Source: an uncultured virus (IMG/VR IMGVR_UViG_3300022602_000041)
Taxonomy: Duplodnaviria > Heunggongvirae > Uroviricota > Caudoviricetes
Length of the DNA stretch: 64,000 nucleotides
IMG/VR virus record: IMGVR_UViG_3300022602_000041
Reading direction: 5' to 3' (one strand)
Positions 9,511-18,698 of the stretch are shown here, piece by piece. The notes beneath the pieces were generated by a model, which saw nothing but the letters and a program-made list of their open reading frames with translations, was not told the DNA's origin and made no database searches. Numbering within the stretch: position 1 is the first letter of the stretch; the number at the start of each line of letters is the position of its first letter. The position numbers were made by a program, and so were the translations under genes.

Positions 9511-10129
9511 TAGTTTGTACTTTGTCGTACAAATCATCTATGCTAGTATCGTTAGTTAATACATGGTCAAACTTAGTACCGACCCAAGCAGTTTCACTAG
9601 CGTGTATGCCTAACTTTTGCATACGAGTTTTAGCCAACATATAATTCATACATTTATCACCGGCATTCATATCAGCGGCATCTTTATACCAATCAGGTTC
9701 TGACCCTCTTTTTACACGAATAACAATGCCACCTGCGTCCCTGATACTTTTAATTTCATTAGGAAAACGACAATCACTAATAACAATGTCATCTTTACTA
9801 GTGCGTAGTTTATTTTCCAAACTAGCAATCCACATATCATCGTGGAATCCGTTACGACAGACTTCAGTACCCCAGTACTGCAATATATAACGTGGAGTTA
9901 AATTAGGCATATTTAAACGGTCGGCCCACCAAGTATCGACTTCTTCTCGCCACTCGCGAGCTTGTTTAGTACGCCCTTCTAGCATGGTGCGATCCCATCC
10001 AAACACTGCACTAACAGCGTCTTTTAGACTGTTTGCAAATGATTCTCGTCTATAACCGTGAAAATTAACCAAATAATCAGCGATAGTATCTTTGCCAGAA
10101 CCAATAAAACCACACACACCTATAATCAT
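9473..10129 (-). CDS. gp1: Deoxynucleoside monophosphate kinase (T4 gp1-like)
   Basis: P-loop GFIGSGKDT, FA..LKD, PR..LQ..GTE, ISDCRFPNE and H.SE motifs. Confidence 0.92.
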   Translation of the reverse strand: MIIGVCGFIGSGKDTIADYLVNFHGYRRESFANSLKDAVSAVFGWDRTMLEGRTKQAREWREEVDTWWADRLNMPNLTPRYILQYWGTEVCRNGFHDDMWIASLENKLRTSKDDIVISDCRFPNEIKSIRDAGGIVIRVKRGSEPDWYKDAADMNAGDKCMNYMLAKTRMQKLGIHASETAWVGTKFDHVLTNDTSIDDLYDKVQTIINPEQDPLVAI

Positions 10130-10150
10130 AGAGCCCCCTAAGTTAGCTCT

Positions 10151-10179
10151 AGTATATAACAGTTTTATTACAAGGTCAA
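10151..10179 (-). promoter_or_regulatory. Sigma70-type (early/middle) promoter of the dNMP kinase gene
   Basis: TTGACC (10179-10174), 17-nt spacer, TATACT (10156-10151). Confidence 0.7.
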
Positions 10180-10187
10180 GATTTTTC

Positions 10188-10979
10188 TTAGCCAGTTATG
10201 AAATAATAACCAGTTCCGCCGGCAACATACATATCAAGTTCTTTGTCAAGACGTTCAAACTCTTCTTTTGCTTCGCTTAATAAATCTTTACCGTTCAATT
10301 GCATACCGCCTGAACCTGGGCCAGCGATAGTTCCGAATTTGCTACGGGCTTGTCCTAAACTAACTTTACAAGTTGCTAAAGTATAATCTTTGAGCCATTG
10401 ATTAGCTTGATAATCTTGTAATAAGACCCAATCAGGGCGATGATTATAGCATTGTACTAGTATTTGCTCACCCTGAGCAAATGGACGTTGTAAAATATTT
10501 AAAATATGAGTAGCTGGCTTCCAATGAAACTCAATATATGATCCAAACATACGTCCTACTAATTTTTGATATCCGGCAAACGCATCATATGTTGCTAAAC
10601 CACCCATCATACTACCTGACATTAGATATGTATTTGTATATGCTAAGTTAAAAGGTTCAAATAAAGTTCCACCAGCACCGATACCAGTTCTGGATCCAAT
10701 TGCTCTACGAAATACTTGACGTACTGTAACTACTTCATCAGGTAATCTATATTCGTTTTGATCCTGAATTAGTTCTAAAAATAAGTAACTTTCTTCAACA
10801 GAATTTGGGCTTTTTTGTCGATAGCGATTGATAGCACGATCTAAAGCATTTTCATAATGACTTGGATCTAGCTCGACATCAATCATGCCGTCGCCCAGCA
10901 TTTGTTTACAATAATCGAAAACCTTATTGCGTTCTGCTGTAGAATCACTTTGTGTACTTGATGGTAGTGGATCGGCCAT
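10188..10979 (-). CDS. gp13: Neck protein (T4 gp13-like)
   Basis: YCKQMLG...IDVELD, WLKDYTLA.CK..LGQARSKF and LNG.DL..EA motifs. Confidence 0.85.
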   Translation of the reverse strand: MADPLPSSTQSDSTAERNKVFDYCKQMLGDGMIDVELDPSHYENALDRAINRYRQKSPNSVEESYLFLELIQDQNEYRLPDEVVTVRQVFRRAIGSRTGIGAGGTLFEPFNLAYTNTYLMSGSMMGGLATYDAFAGYQKLVGRMFGSYIEFHWKPATHILNILQRPFAQGEQILVQCYNHRPDWVLLQDYQANQWLKDYTLATCKVSLGQARSKFGTIAGPGSGGMQLNGKDLLSEAKEEFERLDKELDMYVAGGTGYYFITG

Positions 10980-10996
10980 ATTTTTACTCTCTTACT

Positions 10997-11018
10997 ATAT
11001 TTATCTATCGATAAATAT
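10997..11018. promoter_or_regulatory. Back-to-back divergent late promoters for gp13 and gp14
   Basis: Inverted repeat ATATTTATC-tatc-GATAAATAT places GATAAATA on both strands. Confidence 0.75.
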
Positions 11019-11024
11019 GTTACT

Positions 11025-12494
11025 ATGCCAAGATTAAGTCTATACAAACCGGAAAAAGGCAACGATTATCGTTGGGTGGATCGTCAAGCCTCTGAAATGT
11101 TCACCGTGGGTGGTACTGATGTTTATATCCACAAATTACTAGGTACAAACACCGACGTTGCAAATGCTACCGCAGATCAGCCAAACTATTCTAGTACACA
11201 AGTAACAAATATTCAGGATTTATTATTACTAGAAAATCGTGATAGAAAATACGACAAAGAAATCTACAGAATACGTGGAATTTACAATGTACAAAACGTT
11301 GATTTTAATTTAAGTCAATTTGGATTGTTTATTGATAATGATACGCTGTATATGACAGTTCATATTAATGATATTAATAAAATTCTTGGACGTAAACCTA
11401 TTAGCGGAGATGTATTAGAATTACCTCATCTGCGTGATGATTTTGCCTTAAATGATTTTGATGTAAGTTTGCCTAGATACTACGTTATAGAAGATGTAGG
11501 GCGTGCCAGTGAAGGGTTTAGTCAAACTTGGTTCCCACATTTATATCGATTAAAAATTAAAAAGGTCACTGACAATCAACAGTTTGCAGATATTTTTAAT
11601 CAACCTGCTACAGATTCTAACGGAGATCCTATTGCCGGAGCAAATACTACTTTGCGTGATTTGCTCAGCACTTATAATCAAGAACTTGGCATCAATGTGC
11701 AATTAATTTCTCAAGCTGAAAATGATGCACCTTTAAGCGGATATGAAACTAGACAATTTTATACACTAGCATCTGATCCTAGTACTGGAAAACCTGTATT
11801 AGAAACAGCCGATGATGAAACAATTTTAGCAAGTTCTGCTGGTACAAGTTTATTAGCTAGTGCTCAAGATGGTGTACCTGTTCGTCCTGGTTACACTGGA
11901 TTTTTGTTAGGAAATGGTGCTCCTCCAAACGGATACGATTTTGGTATGGGGATTCAATTTCCTTCACAACCGGCAGATAGTGATTTTTTCTTGCGTGTAG
12001 ATTATTATCCGAATAGATTATTTAGATTTGACGGCGGGTTACATGCCTGGATACCTTTTGAAGATTCTGTAAGAATGAATATGACAAATAATAATACACG
12101 TCAAACACTTAAAACAAGTTTTATTAATAACGATACATATACCTATACTGGTAAAATTGCGGCAGGTGGTGCAACATTATCTGCCGGTGCTACAACTATT
12201 CAAACAATTATTCCTTACCCTGCGCCGACTGATGCATTGTATGTTGTAATTAAACAAAGTGTGATTAGTTTGGAGTATGTGATTGCAGACTATCCAAGTT
12301 TATTAACTAGCTATAATTATACAAATTGGTTGAATAATAGTATTACTGCATGTGTACAAATTAACTTACCAATTATTAATGGGGCACAACAGATTGTTCC
12401 ATACGCAGGTAGTTGGACTATTACATTTTATTCAACTAGAGAAGCCCAACGACAAGCGATTAGTCAAGCACTTAAACCACAGGCAGATTTTTAA
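11025..12494 (+). CDS. gp14: Neck/head-closure protein (T4 gp14-like) with C-terminal extension
   Basis: G.DVYIHK, LSQFGLFI.NDT...T.H and KP..GD.L.LPH motifs; lies between the gp13- and gp15-like genes. Confidence 0.7.
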   Translation: MPRLSLYKPEKGNDYRWVDRQASEMFTVGGTDVYIHKLLGTNTDVANATADQPNYSSTQVTNIQDLLLLENRDRKYDKEIYRIRGIYNVQNVDFNLSQFGLFIDNDTLYMTVHINDINKILGRKPISGDVLELPHLRDDFALNDFDVSLPRYYVIEDVGRASEGFSQTWFPHLYRLKIKKVTDNQQFADIFNQPATDSNGDPIAGANTTLRDLLSTYNQELGINVQLISQAENDAPLSGYETRQFYTLASDPSTGKPVLETADDETILASSAGTSLLASAQDGVPVRPGYTGFLLGNGAPPNGYDFGMGIQFPSQPADSDFFLRVDYYPNRLFRFDGGLHAWIPFEDSVRMNMTNNNTRQTLKTSFINNDTYTYTGKIAAGGATLSAGATTIQTIIPYPAPTDALYVVIKQSVISLEYVIADYPSLLTSYNYTNWLNNSITACVQINLPIINGAQQIVPYAGSWTITFYSTREAQRQAISQALKPQADF

Positions 12495-13990
12495 TGGAAT
12501 TCTTTTACGACGGTCAAATAAGACGATATATTTTACAAGTTATTCGTGTATTCAGTAACTTTGTAGTCAAGTACGGCGACGGCTCCTTACATCAAATTCC
12601 AGTTATGTACGGTGATGCAGATCGACAAGTGGCTAGTATTCTAAGAAATAATAGTGAAAATAAAGTCAATAGTGTTCCTAGAATTAGTGTGTATATTACA
12701 GGATTAGATTTAGATAAAGACAGATTGGCTGATCAAACTAATGTAGACAAAGTGCATATCCGTGAACGTGATGTTAACTCTTCTACAAATACATATAATC
12801 AAGCTCAGGGAAAAAATTATACTATCGAACGTTTAATGCCAACTCCTTTTAAAATAACTATGAAGGTAGATATTTGGAGTGCTAACACTGAACAAAAATT
12901 ACAAATACTTGAACAAATATTGGTATTGTTTAATCCTAGTTTAGAGTTACAGACAAACAGTAATTATTTAGATTGGTCTAGTTTAACTGTGTTGAATCTA
13001 TCAAGTGTTAATTGGAGTAGCAGAACCGTTCCTGTAGGAAACGATAGTGCTATCGAAGTTGCTACATTAACCGTTGATACACCTGCATGGATTAATCCGC
13101 CTGCCAAAGTTAAACATTTAGGTGTTATTACAAAAATTATTACCAGTATGTATAATTCATATGATACTGTTACAGACTATGTTGAAGGATTAGGGCATGA
13201 TCCATTTGCAGGAACTCCTGTACTAGAAGAATTATTAACTAGTAGTGCTACAACGGCTACAAATTATAGAATAGAAGTAATATCTACTGTAACTTCAAGT
13301 ACTGTTGTACTATTAGCAGATGGCGGAACTGTTTATCCTCCGGAACCTAATCTTAATCCAGATCCTCAATATTTAGGTGCACCAATTAATTGGAACACAA
13401 TTATTTCAAATCTTCCTGGAAAATATGTTGCCGGTTCTAGTTTAATTTATATAACACAATCAACTGGTTCTCAGATCATAGGAACATTCATAATCGATCC
13501 TCTAAATAATTTTAACTTAAATGTTCAATGGAATCCTGCAACATTAGTTACAAATACTGGTATCGATAGTAACGGAATTTTAGAAAATCTTAATGGGTAT
13601 AATCCGGCCGCTAGTTACAGACCTAATAGTACTGGTACATTTGATGCTATTATAAATCCTCAAACTTATAATCCTAAACGCCCGACTATTTCTTTGCAAA
13701 CTGATCAACCTATTACTACTGGAACAAGATTTTTATTAGTAGAAGACATTGGAAATTCTAGCAATGTTACTCCTGGAACAGCATGGGGCCCGTTAGTTGC
13801 TAAAGCCAATGACATTGTAGAGTATACCGGATCTCAATGGAATGTAATCTTTAATGCTAGTCAATATTCTAACACTATGGTATGGCAAACAAATATATAC
13901 ACTGGAGTTCAATACAAGTGGAACGGAGTTTCATGGGTTAAGAGCTACGATGGTGAATATGATATCGGCCAATGGAAAATAATACTATAA
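12494..13990 (+). CDS. gp15: Tail terminator/sheath stabiliser (T4 gp15-like) with C-terminal extension
   Basis: FFYDGQIRRYI...F, VPRIS, MPTPF, QILEQIL..FNP and W..PP motifs. Confidence 0.85.
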   Translation: MEFFYDGQIRRYILQVIRVFSNFVVKYGDGSLHQIPVMYGDADRQVASILRNNSENKVNSVPRISVYITGLDLDKDRLADQTNVDKVHIRERDVNSSTNTYNQAQGKNYTIERLMPTPFKITMKVDIWSANTEQKLQILEQILVLFNPSLELQTNSNYLDWSSLTVLNLSSVNWSSRTVPVGNDSAIEVATLTVDTPAWINPPAKVKHLGVITKIITSMYNSYDTVTDYVEGLGHDPFAGTPVLEELLTSSATTATNYRIEVISTVTSSTVVLLADGGTVYPPEPNLNPDPQYLGAPINWNTIISNLPGKYVAGSSLIYITQSTGSQIIGTFIIDPLNNFNLNVQWNPATLVTNTGIDSNGILENLNGYNPAASYRPNSTGTFDAIINPQTYNPKRPTISLQTDQPITTGTRFLLVEDIGNSSNVTPGTAWGPLVAKANDIVEYTGSQWNVIFNASQYSNTMVWQTNIYTGVQYKWNGVSWVKSYDGEYDIGQWKIIL

Positions 13991-14421
13991 AAGAACCAAT
14001 AGTTTGTAGCGGAGCATTGTTTTACGCCAAGTCTACACGACGTTTTCTATTATTACAAAAAGCTCACGGCAAGCACGAAGGAACTTGGGGCTTAGTCGGA
14101 GGTACAAATATCACAGGAGAAACTCCTTGGCAAGGATTGCAACGTGAAATTATTGAGGAAATTGGAAGTATTCCTGATGTAATTAAAACAATCCCATTAG
14201 AAACATTTGTATCTAATGACAAAGTGTTTAATTTTCATACATACCTGTGTGTAATAGATAAAGAGTTTGTTCCAGAATTAAGTAATGAGCATCAAGGGTG
14301 GGCATGGGCAACAATAGATCGTGCTCCTAAACCATTGCATCAAGGGTTACGTAATAGTTTTAGTTCAAAAATGATACGTACAAAATTACAAACAATATTT
14401 AATTTAATCGATTTAATATAA
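13972..14421 (+). CDS. Nudix hydrolase
   Basis: Nudix box GGTNITGETPWQGLQREIIEEIG. Confidence 0.88.
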   Translation: MENNTIKEPIVCSGALFYAKSTRRFLLLQKAHGKHEGTWGLVGGTNITGETPWQGLQREIIEEIGSIPDVIKTIPLETFVSNDKVFNFHTYLCVIDKEFVPELSNEHQGWAWATIDRAPKPLHQGLRNSFSSKMIRTKLQTIFNLIDLI

Positions 14422-15165
14422 ATCTAAATCTCTGCATTTTTTTAGCATTGCAGGACTTAGTTGAGTATTTAAGTTTCGTTTTGATATTGTCGATCTAACA
14501 TCATGCATACCTAATAAGTTGTAGACATGATCGTTTTCTGGATGTTGATTTACAATTTCATTGTAATCATGATCAAAACTTTCCCATTCGCAAAAAGAAT
14601 ATATTTTTTTTATAGTTTCTGAAGTTTGAGTTACTAATTCTTCGTAAGTGACAAATAAAAATTCGCCGTTATTATTTTGTTTAGCCCATTTAATACCGTT
14701 AATCGAATGTATTATCGGTGGTATCCATGTAGCAATTAACTGTTGTTCCAAATTACCACCGTAGTTATTTTCTTCGTGTAAATGTATTAACGATTTAATA
14801 ATTTCTTCCGTCGGGCGAGTAAGAACTATAGTTTTCGGATTGTCAGTAATATAGTTGTATAGTACTTGATTTTCTGGAATCGTCCAGTGTCTGCATTTAT
14901 CAACTACTATAGGAGCAGTTACATTTTTATAATAAACATTTGGTATAGATTTAATTAAATCTATTCTAGTACTTTCTCTATTATTGGCAATTAATTGTTC
15001 CTTGCATGCTTCTTTACATGAAGTGTCCATATCTACCATTAACTGACAAACAGCAGAGTTTCCTTCAGAATGTATGTTGGGATTCTGAGAAAGTATTGCC
15101 GAAAGCAGAGTGGACCCTGTTCTCGGCAATCCACTCATGCAAACAAATTGTTGTATGTTAGCCAT
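14413..15165 (-). CDS. PAPS-dependent sulfotransferase (Sulfotransfer_3-like)
   Basis: 5'-PSB loop SGLPRTGSTLLSAILSQNP; VDKCR, RP..EII.S and VTYEELV...ETIKKIY.F motifs. Confidence 0.85.
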   Translation of the reverse strand: MANIQQFVCMSGLPRTGSTLLSAILSQNPNIHSEGNSAVCQLMVDMDTSCKEACKEQLIANNRESTRIDLIKSIPNVYYKNVTAPIVVDKCRHWTIPENQVLYNYITDNPKTIVLTRPTEEIIKSLIHLHEENNYGGNLEQQLIATWIPPIIHSINGIKWAKQNNNGEFLFVTYEELVTQTSETIKKIYSFCEWESFDHDYNEIVNQHPENDHVYNLLGMHDVRSTISKRNLNTQLSPAMLKKCRDLDLY

Positions 15166-16951
15166 TCTTTATGGTAATAAGTTTATTATATTCAGGCAAA
15201 TACAAATACTCAATTAAAGAATTTTCTAAAGTCCATAGCGCATCTTCTATTGTTTCTACTAATGGTTCTCCGCCTAAATTAAACGAGGTGTTGAATAACA
15301 TAGGTATACCAGTTTCTTTATAGAATTCTTCTATTAAATTATAAAAATATTCGTTCTGAATTTTTGTTACTGTCTGAATTCGACAAGTACCGTCTTCATG
15401 AATAACTGAAGGAATTTTTTCAGCTACACCTTCTTGACAGTTTACAGCATACATCATATGGGGGCTGTTAGGCATACCTCTAAGGTCAAACCAATCGTGA
15501 ACATGTTCTTCTAATATCGATCCGGCGAAAGGCCTAAAATATTCTCTATTTTTTACACGATTAACATAATTTTTTCCGTCTTTAAAAGTCGGATCAAATA
15601 AAATTGATCTATTACCTAACGCTCTTGGTCCGTTTTCTGATCTACCTTGAAATATAGTAACAATATTTTTATCTCTTAAAAGTGATACGATGTCAGTTGT
15701 GGTACAATCTTCAATAGTTCCTGATACACTACTTACAGCATTTTCGATATATTCAATGCTATAATCATATTTAGGACCAAGATATATAGAATCAAATCTT
15801 TCCCGTTGTTTAGTACTTTGAGATGACAAGTGATACCAGAATAATGCGGCGCCAATAGCAGTTCCGCCATCATTTGATACTGGCTCAACATATAAATTAA
15901 TGCCTAACTCGTTTAATTTATTAAGATAAAAATAGTTAGCAACACAATTCAAACCATATCCACCGCTAAGTACAACGTTTTTATTACCTGTTTTTTCTAC
16001 TGCTTTAATAATAAAATCTAATACCGCTTGTTGTGTTTGTGTTTGAACCCAATATGCCGCATTTCTTCTATTTGTCATAGTAGTGGGATCTATTGATTCT
16101 GAAGTCGGCCACTCTTCCAACGCTTCATGCATTGCAGAATTTAATATAGCACTATTAGGATATGTAGGTATGACAATATTTCTATTAGAAATTGGGAATT
16201 TCATATCCTTTTGAAATAATGAAGGAAGATTGTTGTCTGCGGAACCATATGGGAATAACCCCATTGTTTTTCCTGCTTCGATGGCCGAAAAGCCACAATA
16301 TTCTGTCACAGATTCATAACACTTTACTATACCTGCATGATCTGTTATGACTAATTCAACTGTATTATCAGTTTCGTCAAAATATTCCATCTTTGCTTTA
16401 TTAACATAAACATTTGCAATAGGACTTCTACAACCAAGATGTTTAAACTTAGTAACAATTCCAGTATCATACGAACATTCGAAGATAGATTCAACTTCCC
16501 ATAAACTTTCGTTATTAGATATATATTCAGATCCAGCGCCATCGACAACGACAGCGGTAGCATTTTTAAATCCTGAACGATAAAATGCTGCCGAAGCATG
16601 TACTTTATGATGTTGATTACTTATATCAATAACTTGAGGATGATTAAATCTGTCTTCTTTACGATCGATCAGTCCTAATTTTCTTGCATATCCTGTATAC
16701 ATATCTTCACCAGTATATTCAATTTTACCAGCGCCAACAAGAGGTTGGGTGTGACAAATAATTAAGTAATCTATTTTGTCTGTATAATCTAACACCTTTT
16801 TCATTCCGGCAAAAGGAGAACCATCATATTTTAATCTACTTAGCCGTTCTTCTTCGATACTAAAAACGATCTCCCCATCTTTCAATAAACAAACTCCGGC
16901 ATTGTGCCCTCGAGAAATTCCTAAAATATAACCCGTGTTCATACGACTCAT
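15158..16951 (-). CDS. O-carbamoyltransferase (NodU/CmcH/TobZ family), 597 aa (start revised from 16990)
   Basis: GHNA, EEERLSR.K, HH..HA.AAFY.SGF, VVDGAG, GKTMGL..YG, GG..LNCVAN, D.GTAIGAA, GPRALGNRSIL, RE.FRPFA and NTSFN..GEP motifs; AGGAG SD and TAATG overlap at 16951. Confidence 0.93.
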   Translation of the reverse strand: MSRMNTGYILGISRGHNAGVCLLKDGEIVFSIEEERLSRLKYDGSPFAGMKKVLDYTDKIDYLIICHTQPLVGAGKIEYTGEDMYTGYARKLGLIDRKEDRFNHPQVIDISNQHHKVHASAAFYRSGFKNATAVVVDGAGSEYISNNESLWEVESIFECSYDTGIVTKFKHLGCRSPIANVYVNKAKMEYFDETDNTVELVITDHAGIVKCYESVTEYCGFSAIEAGKTMGLFPYGSADNNLPSLFQKDMKFPISNRNIVIPTYPNSAILNSAMHEALEEWPTSESIDPTTMTNRRNAAYWVQTQTQQAVLDFIIKAVEKTGNKNVVLSGGYGLNCVANYFYLNKLNELGINLYVEPVSNDGGTAIGAALFWYHLSSQSTKQRERFDSIYLGPKYDYSIEYIENAVSSVSGTIEDCTTTDIVSLLRDKNIVTIFQGRSENGPRALGNRSILFDPTFKDGKNYVNRVKNREYFRPFAGSILEEHVHDWFDLRGMPNSPHMMYAVNCQEGVAEKIPSVIHEDGTCRIQTVTKIQNEYFYNLIEEFYKETGIPMLFNTSFNLGGEPLVETIEDALWTLENSLIEYLYLPEYNKLITIKNG

Positions 16952-18111
16952 TATCTTTCTCCTATTTGTTTGGTTGGTTGTTGGCACCAAGGAGGAACAG
17001 GTTGTTCTAGATTTAAATCTGCTCCTAGTTTTCTTACTTCTAATATTTCAGGAGGTATTTCTGTAGAATCTTCACCTGGTAAAAGAATGCTAGATAAATT
17101 GTTAGACGGTGTAGTTATTGATGGAACATTTAATGCTGGTAGATTGTTATCCGGCGGAGTATATGTTTTTTTTGTACCTAACACTTGTTGAATACTTTTA
17201 ATAATTGCTCTGAAATTATCTTCAGTTAACACCATTAAATCTTCATTGTTTCGTTCTACCGCAAAATCCTGAGTTATTCGTAATGGAGAATATTTTCTTT
17301 TTTCTTTACCTAAATCAAAGATTTTAAATCGTTTATTTTCAGGATATGAAATATTTTCAGGATATGTTGCACCAATAACAACTGTTGAAGGTTTATTTAA
17401 GAAATTAGCAAAATGTTGCCCTATAGAGTCGCATCCTAAAAAATAATCTGCGGCATTAATAATACCGGACCATTGTAATAAGTTTACATTTGGTGGAACT
17501 ACTACTGGAACTGTGCTATCCTCAGGAAATGGATTAATATTACTGAACAATATGACAGCATAGTGTTTAGCTAATTCCATTACAATTCTTTTTACATCTT
17601 TCGGTTCGAATGATCTGCCTGTTTCATCAAAAATAAATGATCCGTTTTGTTTTATTCCACTACCAAATGGTTGGAATACAACAACTTTATCTCGTTTATA
17701 TAATTTTCGTATTTCTTCTATGGAGTTATAACCGAATACCTGATCCGATTTGCCAATGTTTAATTCGTATTTTTTTGTTTCTGGTATTTTTTCAGGTGGC
17801 GTATCATAATTAATAAGCATATCAAATGCTTGAATCATGTTAGCTTTTTGATTAAAATATGCGTTAAGTCGATAAGGTTCAGGGCTGATTACTTCTCGAT
17901 CTTTTATTACATTAAAAAGATTTCTATCATTAAGTTGATATACTTTATCTCTTAAAATATTGCTTGAAAGATATAATTCGCTCCACGCTTCGGAAATGAT
18001 GATTATATCACCGTCGTGTGTTTTTGCATAATGCTCTAGCCCTGGAATTGCACAGAGAACACGGCCGGCGCCACCGTTGATTACAAATGCTTTTTTGGTT
18101 GTTTTATTCAT
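16951..18111 (-). CDS. GT-B glycosyltransferase, GT9 (heptosyltransferase)-like
   Basis: N-terminal INGGAGRVLCAIP, VVFQPFGS and II.AADYFLGCDS.GQH.A...NKPSTVVIG motifs typical of GT9-like enzymes. Confidence 0.7.
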   Translation of the reverse strand: MNKTTKKAFVINGGAGRVLCAIPGLEHYAKTHDGDIIIISEAWSELYLSSNILRDKVYQLNDRNLFNVIKDREVISPEPYRLNAYFNQKANMIQAFDMLINYDTPPEKIPETKKYELNIGKSDQVFGYNSIEEIRKLYKRDKVVVFQPFGSGIKQNGSFIFDETGRSFEPKDVKRIVMELAKHYAVILFSNINPFPEDSTVPVVVPPNVNLLQWSGIINAADYFLGCDSIGQHFANFLNKPSTVVIGATYPENISYPENKRFKIFDLGKEKRKYSPLRITQDFAVERNNEDLMVLTEDNFRAIIKSIQQVLGTKKTYTPPDNNLPALNVPSITTPSNNLSSILLPGEDSTEIPPEILEVRKLGADLNLEQPVPPWCQQPTKQIGER

Positions 18112-18114
18112 AAA

Positions 18115-18154
18115 GTACCCACATAATAGTTATTGCTTCTATTTATGTGGGTAC
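18115..18154 (-). promoter_or_regulatory. 12-bp hairpin containing a late promoter and abutting the glycosyltransferase start
   Basis: GTACCCACATAA (18115-18126) and TTATGTGGGTAC (18143-18154); TAAATA at 18145-18140. Confidence 0.7.
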
Positions 18155-18182
18155 ATTTTATACTGATATAATTGTGATATAA

Positions 18183-18683
18183 TTATGCAGGAGGATTATT
18201 TGTTATTGGAAAAGGATTGATAACTTTTGCCGCTGGCATTGCAGGTGCGATACCATTACCACCGTCAGGTGTAGATGTTGCACCAAGTGTAGACGGATCT
18301 GGAACTTTCCAATCTGGAGTTTTTGGATGTGCTGTTTTAATAGCAGTAATACTATCTAAATATGCATTTCCTTCTGCGCCTAAATCAATGCCAGATGCTT
18401 TAACAGCCATTAATGCTTTATAAATTCCATCTAATTGTTCAGCTAAAGCCGGATACGTTCTAGCATACTTGTGTGGTTTAGTATATGGCACACCGGCATG
18501 GTTGGCAGCTTCTTCATTATATAATACAAAATCTTCTGGATCTGGCTCCATTTGGAGAAATGCTTGCCATTCGGTTTCATCTGTTATTGGTAGAGCTTGC
18601 CATAGTACAGGAGGATATCCGTACTCATTCAACGGTTGTCCATGTCTAACATACCACGTTTTATAAAAATCTGATTTATTCAT
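18183..18683 (-). CDS. Probable tail-fibre assembly chaperone
   Basis: R.YP.LAEQLD.IY....YLD.I.AIK.AHPK motif of the kind found after phage fibre genes; directly follows the Cys-rich fibre-like gene. Confidence 0.6.
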   Translation of the reverse strand: MNKSDFYKTWYVRHGQPLNEYGYPPVLWQALPITDETEWQAFLQMEPDPEDFVLYNEEAANHAGVPYTKPHKYARTYPALAEQLDGIYKALMAVKASGIDLGAEGNAYLDSITAIKTAHPKTPDWKVPDPSTLGATSTPDGGNGIAPAMPAAKVINPFPITNNPPA

Positions 18684-18698
18684 TTTTGAATTCCATTT

